This document shows, piece after piece, positions 26,013-35,187 of a DNA stretch of 64,000 nt; within the stretch, counting starts at the first letter, position 1; every line of letters begins with the position of its first letter. The translations under genes were made by a program, and so were the position numbers. The DNA is taken from NCBI GenBank assembly GCA_029936155.1, contig JAPYUK010000002.1, forward strand, positions 13,786 through 77,785, given 5' to 3'. The notes beneath the pieces are model-generated. The model was not told the DNA's origin, did not search any database, and saw only the letters and a program-made list of their open reading frames with translations. This DNA comes from Dehalococcoidia bacterium. GTDB taxonomy: Bacteria > Chloroflexota > Dehalococcoidia > Lucifugimonadales > Lucifugimonadaceae.

Positions 26013-27905
26013 GTGTCAGATGTAACTCCACTATTTCCAGATGACCAGCCGGTGAACGGCAGGTCGAAGCACGACCAGTCGGCAGACGATGAGTCGCCGA
26101 AAGAACTCGCGCCTATCGATCTGGATCAGCCGCGTCAGATCTGCCTGTCGTGTGGGGCGAATCTGTCGGATTCGTCGAAGTATCGCCGGGTGAGAATGTG
26201 CCCTACTTGCGGATATCACTACACAATCTCGGCACGGCGTCGCATCGCAGCGATTGCAGACGAGGGGTCGTTCAAAGAGACGAGCAAGTGGATACAGTCG
26301 CTCGATCCGCTGGAGTTTTCACCTCGAATTTCGTACCGGGTGAGACTGCTGCAAGACCAGACCCGCACGGGTCTTTCCGAAGCGGCTATAACGGGAACGT
26401 GCTCTATCGGTGGCACGCCGGTTGTGATCATCGTTCTGGACTCGAGTTTTCTTGGCGGATCAATGGGCGTGGTCGTTGGCGAAAAAGTAACGCTGGCGCT
26501 GGAGCTTGCGGCCCGTAAGAAGGTGCCGTGCGTCGCAATGGTTACTTCGGGTGGCGCTCGGATTCAGGAGGGCGTGCTTTCGCTGATGCAGATGGCGAAG
26601 ACGACTTTGGCCGCTCGCACACTACGGGATAAGGGGCAGGTTTTTATCGTTTCGCTCAGCAACCCGTCGACAGGACAGGTGTTGGGCAGCTTCGCGTCGA
26701 TGGCTGACATTATTTTTGCAGAGCCGGGATCGCACATTGGCTTCGCCCCGCTCGCGGATTTGCGAGAGATAGAGGGCAAGCGAGTCGATACCGAGCACAC
26801 CGCCGAGGCCTATCTTGAACGAGGGCACGTCGATGCCATCATTGAACGGGATCATCTAAAGCACGAGCTGGCGTCGGTGCTCGATCTAATATCGCCAGAG
26901 TTCCGGCTGACATCGTCTCGCAAGATCAACACCGACAGCATGGCGATTCGACCACGTGAGGCGTGGGAGATGGTCAAGCTGGCACGCCACCCAGATCGAC
27001 CCAGAGCTCGGTTCTATATCGACAACGTGTTTGCAAATTTCTTCGAACTGCACGGCGATCGTGTTTACACCGATGACCCATCGGTGATCATCGGGCTGGC
27101 GCGCCTTGGCGGGCAGAGCGTAATGATCCTGGCGCAGCAGAAATCTCACCCTACCGAAAACGACAGCAGCTCAAATGGAGTCCAGACAGGTGAAATCACA
27201 CCCGGAGGGTTCCGCAAGGCGCGGCGTGGGGTGATTCTTGCCGAGACGTTCAAAATACCTGTTGTGTCTATCGTGGATTCGCCGGGTCCCCGACTTGGCA
27301 TCGATATGGAGCAACGAGGGTTGGCCAGCGCTATTGCTAGGATGATCGACCAGATGGGTCGGGCGAAGATACCGACACTGTCGATTTTGATCGGTGAGGG
27401 TGGGTCGGAAGCAGCTCTCGCGTTTGGACTTACCGACCGAGTGTTAATGCTCGAAAACGCTATCTATACGCCGATAGCTCCCGAGCGAGGTGCGCAGTCG
27501 GAGATGAGCGACCCGGGGAAGGCTTCGGACATTGCTCGTGCTCTAAAGCTGACATCTATGGATTGTGTCGATATGGAAATTGTGGACGACATCGTCCCCG
27601 AGCCGGAGCAGGGTGCGCATGGGTCGCCTGATGAAGCGGCACGGCTGCTGAAGCGGGCTTTGATGCGTGAGCTTTCGAACCTAGCTGGCAGCAATACTAA
27701 AACGTTGGTACGGAGGCGCCAAAAGAAGTTCAGGAAGGTCGGCGAGTACGGTAGCCGATTCCGGGCCGCGCTACGTCGTGAGACCAAGGCGTGGCAGGTG
27801 GGTCTGGCTGCTGGTGTGAAGGCTTTCCGTAAGGCGGGAGAAGCAGATAGCGGGCCGGAGTTTGTTGACGATTTCGATGACGGGATCGACTCGCCGTCGT
27901 CTTAA
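26013..27905 (+). CDS. accDA: Acetyl-CoA carboxylase carboxyltransferase, fused beta(AccD)-alpha(AccA)
   Basis: C4 zinc finger CLSC..CPTC, FLGGSMG, SGGARIQEG, then ARHPDRP, FFELHGDR, PGGFRKARR, IGEGGS. Confidence 0.92.
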   Translation: MSDVTPLFPDDQPVNGRSKHDQSADDESPKELAPIDLDQPRQICLSCGANLSDSSKYRRVRMCPTCGYHYTISARRRIAAIADEGSFKETSKWIQSLDPLEFSPRISYRVRLLQDQTRTGLSEAAITGTCSIGGTPVVIIVLDSSFLGGSMGVVVGEKVTLALELAARKKVPCVAMVTSGGARIQEGVLSLMQMAKTTLAARTLRDKGQVFIVSLSNPSTGQVLGSFASMADIIFAEPGSHIGFAPLADLREIEGKRVDTEHTAEAYLERGHVDAIIERDHLKHELASVLDLISPEFRLTSSRKINTDSMAIRPREAWEMVKLARHPDRPRARFYIDNVFANFFELHGDRVYTDDPSVIIGLARLGGQSVMILAQQKSHPTENDSSSNGVQTGEITPGGFRKARRGVILAETFKIPVVSIVDSPGPRLGIDMEQRGLASAIARMIDQMGRAKIPTLSILIGEGGSEAALAFGLTDRVLMLENAIYTPIAPERGAQSEMSDPGKASDIARALKLTSMDCVDMEIVDDIVPEPEQGAHGSPDEAARLLKRALMRELSNLAGSNTKTLVRRRQKKFRKVGEYGSRFRAALRRETKAWQVGLAAGVKAFRKAGEADSGPEFVDDFDDGIDSPSS

Positions 27906-28047
27906 GGTTGTTCAGCCTCGCTCCCGATGGGAGGTGGTTTCAGGCTACAGTGGAGGAATTTCACAGATTTATCTGCCACCCCGGTCAACACCTGCCTCAG
28001 ATTTCTCGACTCCGAATCCTCCACTCAGCACGCGGTAGTGGTGCTAA

Positions 28048-28801
28048 CTAACGGTCCAGAACATACTTTTTGATTGCTAGTGTGGCACCGTTATGGTCGA
28101 TATTGTGGGTTGTTGCGAATGCGAGTTCGAGTAGCTCGGTGGGGGCAGCGCCCATAGCGATTGGCAGGCCTGCGACCTTGAACATTGGCACGTCGTTCCA
28201 GCCGTCGCCGATCACCATGAGATCTTCAACTTCGATTCCGATATTGCTGGCGAACTCGGCGGCTCCGTAGGCCTTGTCGACTCCGGCGACTGTGCAGTCG
28301 ATGTACCACTTGTCGACGTTGTCGTTCGAGGCGCTGGCCACTAGGGTGTCGGACTTGAGGCGCTCCTCCCAATGCATCGTCTCCGATTCGTTCGGAAACT
28401 CACCCATGATCACTGTGATGTCCCATTCTGTGATGTTTTTCGGGAGCGGAACAAGCCGTCCGGCATCGCACACAAGCACCCAACTGGCTATTGATTCCAG
28501 AATGCTCACAGCGTGCATTGCATCTGCCTTGGTAAATGTGCGGCGAATGGTCGCACAACCGGTGAGCGGGTCAATCAAAGATGCCCCATTGTCGGCAACC
28601 TGCAATGTCGTTAGACCAAACAGTCGGGCGTAGTGGTAGACATCGTCCTGAGGCGATGGCAACCGGAATGATTTTCGATGCCGCAGCGATGGCGGCCTTA
28701 ACTGCGTTGGACGGCTGGTTGCTTTTGGGCAACACTGTTCCGTCGAGGTCGATCAACAGCCCTTTTGGGCGGCGAAATGTTGGATTGACGGCTTTAGTCA
28801 A
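28048..28801 (-). pseudogene. Cof-type HAD hydrolase split by a frameshift near 28645-28655
   Basis: First frame has motif I IDLDGT and motif II ASGR; the second frame continues QDDVYHY..DNGA..VDKAYG..IGDGWNDVPMF. Confidence 0.8.
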
Positions 28802-29774
28802 GCACCTGAACCGGATTTTCTAGGGTTTCGCCATTCAGCGCGCGCCGGGCGTTTTCGAACGAGAATACCAGCGCCCTATCGACCCGCTCCTCGGACGATC
28901 CGGCCAAGTGCGGGGTGAGAACAACGTTATCCATCTTCATAAGTGGCGTGTCGAGGGGTGTTGGCTCGATTTCGGTTACATCAAGACCTGCACCAAGAAT
29001 CTCTCCGGCATTGAGAGCTTCGATAAGCTCTGCTTCGTTTTGAACTGGGCCCCGGCAAGTGTTGATGAATATCGCATCAGGCTTCATGGCAGCGAACTCT
29101 CGGCGACCCATCAGACCTGTTGTTGATAATGAGAGCGGCACGTGGACGGTGACGATGTCGGAGCGATCGAGAAGCTCGTCCATCGAGACTCGTGTCACGT
29201 TGAGTTCTCGCTGTGTTTCGGCGGGGAATTCACGGACGTCGGTGTAGAGCGTAGTAGTCTCGAACCCTTGTAGCATTTTGGCGACCCAGGTTCCGATATT
29301 GCCGAGTCCGATGATGCCGACGGTCCGGCCGGATAGTTCGTAGACTTTGCCAAATTCACCGGATTTAGCAGGTTGTTGCCAGGTCCCGCCTTTTACGCCG
29401 TCGATTCCCTGGGGCAGGCGCTTGTAGACCATCATCATCATACCGATTGCGTGCTCGGCGACGGACCGGGCTATGGCTGGTGAGTTGTTACATACTTCGA
29501 TACCGAGTTCCCGAATTGCGGGCACGTCTAGCCTGTCGAATCCTGCGCTCATGACTTGGAGCAGCTTCATTTTGGGCATTTTCTCTAGCATCTCTGTGGT
29601 GATCGAAAGGCCGTTTGTAATTACGGCTACCGCATCGACAAGTGCTTCCGCCTGTTCCGCCTCAGGTGCATTGGGGCTCACAACTCCCCAGTCGAGATCA
29701 TCGGGACCCAGCTGGAGGGCACGAACCGTACGAGCGCCATCGTGTTCACCGTAGTAGATAACGCTGTGTCCCAT
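28794..29774 (-). CDS. D-isomer-specific 2-hydroxyacid dehydrogenase
   Basis: SAGFDRLD, SVAEHA, GIIGLGNIG, INTCRG, GLDVTEIEP, TPHLAG. Confidence 0.94.
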   Translation of the reverse strand: MGHSVIYYGEHDGARTVRALQLGPDDLDWGVVSPNAPEAEQAEALVDAVAVITNGLSITTEMLEKMPKMKLLQVMSAGFDRLDVPAIRELGIEVCNNSPAIARSVAEHAIGMMMMVYKRLPQGIDGVKGGTWQQPAKSGEFGKVYELSGRTVGIIGLGNIGTWVAKMLQGFETTTLYTDVREFPAETQRELNVTRVSMDELLDRSDIVTVHVPLSLSTTGLMGRREFAAMKPDAIFINTCRGPVQNEAELIEALNAGEILGAGLDVTEIEPTPLDTPLMKMDNVVLTPHLAGSSEERVDRALVFSFENARRALNGETLENPVQVLD

Positions 29775-30228
29775 TTTCTAACTCCACTCGCTATTCATCC
29801 GTTCTCTGACCGAACTCGGATATCGCCGTAAAAATTTTCTTCGATAGTGCCGCACCGGCACTATCGAATCCAGAGCGGTCAAGATAACCCATTTCCGATC
29901 ATAAATCTGGTAATGCCGGCAAAATAAAATCACCCAAATCTAACAATTACAGAGGCCATATCAAGACGGCGATTAGTGCGATAATTGGTACAAATGTATC
30001 GCCTGAGCTGTCCGGAAATTATTCTACTGACCAAGGACGAGAGCGGTGTGTATTGATGACCAAGATCAGGGTATTCGGAGTAATTTCGGTGTCCGACATT
30101 TCGAACGCCAATAACACGCTGCCTCGATCAGTTCGTGGTGGGCTCTAGTCATCAGCAGCAACGTCTCAACAACACAGGCCGCCGTCTCGGACAACAAGAC
30201 TGAGAACCAGCCAACTCGATTCGCCCAG

Positions 30229-31584
30229 ATGCTGGCGATTGCTATTGGCAGTGGCGCACTTTTTCTCGGCGCTCTAGATTTTTCGATTAACGTCAATCTG
30301 CCTCGCTTCCGCGCCGACCTTGGCGAGACGCTTATTAGTGTTCAGCTGATCATCATCATGTACCACGGGGCACGCAGTGGCACGGGTTTTGTCGCAGGCG
30401 GAATTGCCGATAGATTTGGCATCAAGTGGCCACTGGCAGTAGGGATTGTGCTCTATACGGTTGCTGTTGGATTCATTTCGCTACAGGACTCCTTGACGCC
30501 GATCGTCGCTCTGCGGATTCCACAGGGCATCGGGGTGGCGATACTGTTCACGCTTGGGCCTGCACTGGTTGCTCGTGCATTTGGGCCTTCTCGACGAGGA
30601 GCAGCACTCGGAGTCACGCTGGCAGCGATGGGTGCCGGGACATTCGCTGGCACGCTGGGCGGAGGGATTCTGGGTCAGGAGATCGGCTGGCAGGCTATTT
30701 TTTGGGCTCGGATCCCGATTGGGCTGACGTTGCTGGCTGCAACTGTAATCTGGCTAAATGGCGGTCTGGCGAAAGCCGTAACCGGTCGAGCCGGAAACAG
30801 ATTCGACTTGCCAGGATCGGTAGTTCTGTTTTCTACCCTGTTCATATTCGTTCTGGCGTTGTCGTTCGCGAGGGTCGAGGGTTGGTTGGATCCGCTACCG
30901 ATCGCCCTGTTCGGCGTGACGATTGCGCTTGGGTTCTTGTTTACGAAAGGCAAGCAATCGGGCAGATTCACGATTTTTCCGTCGGGCCTGACGAAATTCA
31001 GCGGGTTCAAGTCGGGTGCGACATCAAATCTGCTGCTATCGATGTCGACGTTTGTGATGTGGTTTCTCTTCCCGTTCTACGTTGCTGATGTGATGGGTCG
31101 TAGTGACCTGACTCTCGGAGCGTTGCTGGCGCTCATGGCAGGCTTTAATTTCGCTGGATCTGCACTGGCCGGGTGGTTCGCGGATCGCATGGGTGACAGA
31201 CCAGTTACTTTCATTGGCGCCATTGTTACCGCTGTTGGGCTGGTTCTTGCGGGTGCGGCGGGGTCTTCGCCGTCGATGTTGTCTGTCGTTATCGCTACGG
31301 CGGTAGTTGGGTTCGGCTTTGGTATTCACCAGGCTGCAGTCTATGCGCTGACGCTTCGTGGAGTGCCAAATGAACACACAGGAGCTACTTCGGCTGCGCT
31401 TACCGTATCTCAGACGCTTGGGACTATGCTTTCGATAGCTTTGATGACATCGATACTGAGCTGGCAACAGTCGTCGAATGGCGCAACGTTCGTCGAGGCG
31501 TATCGCTTCACGTATTTCATCGCGGCTGGCGTTGCGTTGCTATCGGGATTGATACTGCTGAAGCTCCGACGCAGTAAGGCGTAA
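30229..31584 (+). CDS. MFS transporter (DHA2-like, about 14 TM)
   Basis: GGIADRFG, LRIPQGIG, GWFADRMGDR; many TM segments. Confidence 0.9.
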   Translation: MLAIAIGSGALFLGALDFSINVNLPRFRADLGETLISVQLIIIMYHGARSGTGFVAGGIADRFGIKWPLAVGIVLYTVAVGFISLQDSLTPIVALRIPQGIGVAILFTLGPALVARAFGPSRRGAALGVTLAAMGAGTFAGTLGGGILGQEIGWQAIFWARIPIGLTLLAATVIWLNGGLAKAVTGRAGNRFDLPGSVVLFSTLFIFVLALSFARVEGWLDPLPIALFGVTIALGFLFTKGKQSGRFTIFPSGLTKFSGFKSGATSNLLLSMSTFVMWFLFPFYVADVMGRSDLTLGALLALMAGFNFAGSALAGWFADRMGDRPVTFIGAIVTAVGLVLAGAAGSSPSMLSVVIATAVVGFGFGIHQAAVYALTLRGVPNEHTGATSAALTVSQTLGTMLSIALMTSILSWQQSSNGATFVEAYRFTYFIAAGVALLSGLILLKLRRSKA

Positions 31585-31771
31585 GCGGACGTTAATTCCA
31601 GCTAAAACGTAGTGCAGAAACAAACTCACCTAACTCTCATACGATACTGCATGTTATCCTTCCGCCAAATTGCAATAATGGTTCAAGGTTCCAGTGCCTA
31701 GAATGCCGGTTCTTGAACTGAAACACCCTTACCCAGCGCGTAGGTATTCTCTTCGTTTTCGGGGGATTTAT

Positions 31772-32437
31772 ATGTCGATACGGTCACGATTAATATTAGT
31801 GTTTGCCGGTGCGTTCATTCTGAGCACCGTTCTGGCGGCCTGTAGCGATAGACCAACTACGGTACAAATCGTTGAGACCACTAAGGCGCAAAACAAGCTT
31901 GACAATGCTCAGGCGACTCGACAGGCAGTGATAGATGCCGGTGGTGACCCAGACGAACAGGTGCAGGTTAAGATTGATTCCGATAGCGCGGCTGCAAAGG
32001 CAATAGGAGAACAAAACGCAAAGGCTACTGCACAGGCTGAGAAAGGGATTATTTCCAAAGGTGTAGGGTCTGCAATCGGTACGGAATCTGAAGGTGCTGC
32101 CTTCGAGGTTGAAGTACCCGACACCCCCGCTGAGAGCGGTACGATTGTCGTCGAAATTGAGGTGTTCGGTGCCGAGGGTACAAAGTTTGTACCTGATATC
32201 GTAAAGATCACTGTTGGATCGACTGTGAAATGGACGAACGCCCGAAAAGCAGCGAGTAGCTCGCAGGCACACCCTGGCCAGGCCGAAGAGTGGGATTCGA
32301 AGGCGATGTTCAAGGGAACGTTTGACAAGGAGCCCGCTAGCTTCGAGCACACGTTCACGACTGAGGGTTGCTTCACTTACCAGTCACGGTTCTCCGGTGA
32401 CACGAACACTGGTGCGGTATGTGTGGTAGCTGAATAG
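31772..32437 (+). CDS. Lipoprotein with C-terminal cupredoxin-like domain lacking type-1 copper ligands
   Basis: Lipobox LAAC; FVPDIVKITVGSTVKWTN...WDS...SFEHTFTTEG.FTY beta-sandwich signature. Confidence 0.8.
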   Translation: MSIRSRLILVFAGAFILSTVLAACSDRPTTVQIVETTKAQNKLDNAQATRQAVIDAGGDPDEQVQVKIDSDSAAAKAIGEQNAKATAQAEKGIISKGVGSAIGTESEGAAFEVEVPDTPAESGTIVVEIEVFGAEGTKFVPDIVKITVGSTVKWTNARKAASSSQAHPGQAEEWDSKAMFKGTFDKEPASFEHTFTTEGCFTYQSRFSGDTNTGAVCVVAE

Positions 32438-32469
32438 GGTTCACTGGCTCGTTACGAAATAAGCAAATT

Positions 32470-32498
32470 ACAAGGCCGCTCTGTTTGAGCGGCCTTGT
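32470..32498 (+). terminator. Hairpin/terminator after the cupredoxin-like gene
   Basis: acaaggccgctc-tgttt-gagcggccttgt, 12-bp perfect stem. Confidence 0.7.
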
Positions 32499-32507
32499 CG
32501 CGTCTTG

Positions 32508-32813
32508 GACCCTTCGACCCATTCGACTGGCTCAGGATGGGCAGGGCTCAAGATGTTGGTCTTTCGAAGTGATTCGGGAGGGAGGGCATTCGGTTGTCTG
32601 CTGGCTGGTGCATGTATTCGTAGTGCCGTCCTCTCTCTGAGGGAGAAGGCATGAGGGCAGTAGGAGTGTTTGGACCCTCCCCCCAAGGTGCCCGGTTAGT
32701 CTCTGATAGCTTGCACGGGTGGATGGCGGCCGCTGGAAAGCACCTGAACTCACGTTTCGAGCGGGGGAGCGCTGCAATACGTGGAGAGATCCTGCAACAA
32801 GTTCAAGATGACA
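32508..32813. repeat. Cluster of degenerate REP-like palindromes
   Basis: CCCTTCGAC..TTCGACTGGCTCAGGATG (cf. CCCTTCGACAAGCTCAAGAT at 56196), CCTCTCTCTGAGGGAGAAGG, GAGATCCTGCAACAAGTTCAAGATGACA (cf. 804-832). Confidence 0.65.
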
Positions 32814-32867
32814 GTATTAGGTGGCTACGTAACTCAGGAATTTACATGGTTCGTGTTGCTCAGAAAG

Positions 32868-32913
32868 ACATCTAAAAAGCCCTCGGCGAAAACGCCGGGG
32901 GCTTTTTAGATGT
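32868..32913. terminator. Bidirectional intrinsic terminator after the dppC-like gene
   Basis: acatctaaaaagccctcggcg-aaaa-cgccgggggctttttagatgt. Confidence 0.88.
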
Positions 32914-32926
32914 TCGAGTGAATCGA

Positions 32927-33910
32927 CTAGTCGATCTGGCGCAACCTTGGATCGAGCCGATCTCGAAGCCAGTCACCAAGGAAGTTCAGCGAGATCACCA
33001 CCGCGAAGATGGCTGCTGATGGCACGAGAACCTGGTGAGCAGCGATTGTGAGGTAATCGCGACCTTCGTTGGTCATGACACCCCATGCCGGTGTCGGAGG
33101 TTGAATTCCCGCACCAACGAAACTCAGTACTGATTCAGCCAGAATCAGACCTGAGGTACTCAAGGTACCAACCACGATCGCCGTGTTCATGATTCCCGGT
33201 AGAAGGTGCTTGAACATGATCCGGAAGTCGGAGGCACCGTTTACACGTGCCGCCGCTATATAGTCCAATTCCTTCAGGATCAAAATCTGAGCGCGAACAA
33301 TCCTGACGAACGCTGTCCACGATATAAGTGCGAGAACGAACAGCAACACTGTTAATCCACGCCCAAATATAAGCACAACGATCAACGCGACCATCAAGAA
33401 CGGCATCGCGTACCAGATATCCACGAATCTAGTGATCACTTCGTCAACAATACCGCCGTAGAATCCGGCGAGCATTCCAAGTGTCACTCCGACCACCATT
33501 CCGAGGAAGAGCGACACAAGCACCACCTGCATAGAGATACGCGCGCCGTGCAACACTCGGGTAAAAACGTCACGACCGATGTGATCGGAACCAAGAAGGT
33601 GGTACCCCTGTGGCCACAGGTCGTATTTGGGCGCGTCTTGTTTTTCCACCGAAAGTTCAGAGTATTTGAACATCCCGAGGTGACGATCCCCAATGGCCCC
33701 AATATCGCGTTCATATGGTGCGATGGTCGGACCAACTATCGACACAATTACAAGCATTACGAGCACGAACCCGGGTATTACCGGGTATCGGCGCATGAAC
33801 CACCATCCATGGCCAATTATTGATCGTTTAACCTTTACCGATACGAGAGGTGCATCAATTGTTGCAGAATCAACGTGTTGCACTTCATCTTGAGATTCAG
33901 ATGTTGCCAT
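32927..33910 (-). CDS. Peptide/nickel ABC transporter permease (DppC/OppC family)
   Basis: LLGSDHIGRDVFTRVLHGARIS, YIAAARVNGAS, ESVLSFVGAGIQPPTPAWG, GDWLRDRLDPR. Confidence 0.93.
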   Translation of the reverse strand: MATSESQDEVQHVDSATIDAPLVSVKVKRSIIGHGWWFMRRYPVIPGFVLVMLVIVSIVGPTIAPYERDIGAIGDRHLGMFKYSELSVEKQDAPKYDLWPQGYHLLGSDHIGRDVFTRVLHGARISMQVVLVSLFLGMVVGVTLGMLAGFYGGIVDEVITRFVDIWYAMPFLMVALIVVLIFGRGLTVLLFVLALISWTAFVRIVRAQILILKELDYIAAARVNGASDFRIMFKHLLPGIMNTAIVVGTLSTSGLILAESVLSFVGAGIQPPTPAWGVMTNEGRDYLTIAAHQVLVPSAAIFAVVISLNFLGDWLRDRLDPRLRQID

Positions 33911-33922
33911 AAGTAGTCCTCG

Positions 33923-34873
33923 TCAGTCCGAAGAAGTACCGAGACGTACTCGGGGGTCGATAAGTGTGTAGGCAATATCAGCGATGGTTGCGAACACCAG
34001 ATAGATCAAGATAAATATGAATACTGTGCCCAGTAGCAGCGGGAAGTCATTGTCGTTGACTGCACGATAGAGTGCGTCGTAGCCAATTCCCGGCCATGAG
34101 AACACGATTTCAACAACGAGAGCACCGTTCAACCAACCTGAAAAGACCAACAAAGCTGATGTGACAGGTGCGATGAGTGCGTTTCGCAGTGCGTGTTTGT
34201 AGATTACCCAGTTCCAGCCGACGCCTTTTGCTCGGGCGAGTCGAATGTACTCGGAGTCGAGTACTTCAAGCATCGAAGATCGGGTCAGGCGCATCAGGCT
34301 TGCTGCTGCACCCCAACCGAGGGCCACACAGGGAAGAATATATTCTTTCCATTCGAAATCGGGCGATCTACCCCCAGCCGGGAACCATTCTAGCCATACA
34401 GCGAATATCCATATAGCCACAAGACCGGTTACGAATGGTGGAGCCGCTTGCCCGACGATCGCGAGACCTCTCCCGAAATAGTCCCAGAAGGTGCCGCGCT
34501 TTACTGCAGCTAACACCCCCATCGGAATACCTAACATGATGGCGAATATCCAGCCGCCGATTGCGAGCTGCACCGTGGCACCAATTTTGCCTTTGATGAG
34601 TTCGGTAACAGCGCGGTCACGAGCAAGGGAGACCCCGAGGTCGCCTCTAAGAGTGTTACCCATCCACCTTACGTACTGCTTCCACAGCGGGTCATTCAGG
34701 CCCATGCGGTCGCCAAGGGCTTCCCACTGCTCCTGAGTAATACCGTAACCGGAGTCAGGGATGAAAAGTTCACGAGGGTCGCTGTGAAACTGGATGAGGA
34801 CGAAAATTGCGATCGTCGCTCCAACCACTGATACCAGTGATGATAGGAATCGTCTTGCTAGAAAATTGACCAT
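33923..34873 (-). CDS. Peptide/nickel ABC transporter permease (DppB/OppB family)
   Basis: GDLGVS, RLTRSSMLEVL..YIRLARAKG, KHALRNA, VEIVFSWPGIG, IDPR. Confidence 0.94.
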   Translation of the reverse strand: MVNFLARRFLSSLVSVVGATIAIFVLIQFHSDPRELFIPDSGYGITQEQWEALGDRMGLNDPLWKQYVRWMGNTLRGDLGVSLARDRAVTELIKGKIGATVQLAIGGWIFAIMLGIPMGVLAAVKRGTFWDYFGRGLAIVGQAAPPFVTGLVAIWIFAVWLEWFPAGGRSPDFEWKEYILPCVALGWGAAASLMRLTRSSMLEVLDSEYIRLARAKGVGWNWVIYKHALRNALIAPVTSALLVFSGWLNGALVVEIVFSWPGIGYDALYRAVNDNDFPLLLGTVFIFILIYLVFATIADIAYTLIDPRVRLGTSSD

Positions 34874-35111
34874 TTATTGGATACTTCCAGAGTTCTACTA
34901 CGGTAGTCCGATTTAATTGAACCACGCCGTCGTTCCGCGCACGGCTGAATGTTACTTGACCCGGCATGAGTAAGCGACGCCATATTGCATCAAGTGCAGC
35001 GGAAATTTAGCATTGCGAACATGCTATGTCAAAGCTCACTAACTAGCAGAATCCAGAGAATCGCATAATTCTTCAACGGCGCTTATTGAAGGCTTGAATC
35101 AAAGTCATGTT

Positions 35112-35148
35112 AAAGCAAGACAGGGGCCGGATAATCCGACCCCTGTCT
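35112..35148 (-). terminator. Hairpin terminator/mRNA stabiliser between SBP and permeases
   Basis: agacaggggccgga-taa-tccgacccctgtct followed by TGCTTT on the minus strand. Confidence 0.6.
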
Positions 35149-35187
35149 CTATTAGCAATTTTACTTGCTGTGCAAACTCACCAGACT

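Noticed and set aside
32440-32930. CRISPR array or IS element in the repeat-rich spacer
   Set aside because: No regularly spaced identical repeats, no cas or transposase gene, no clear terminal inverted repeats; only degenerate REP-like palindromes
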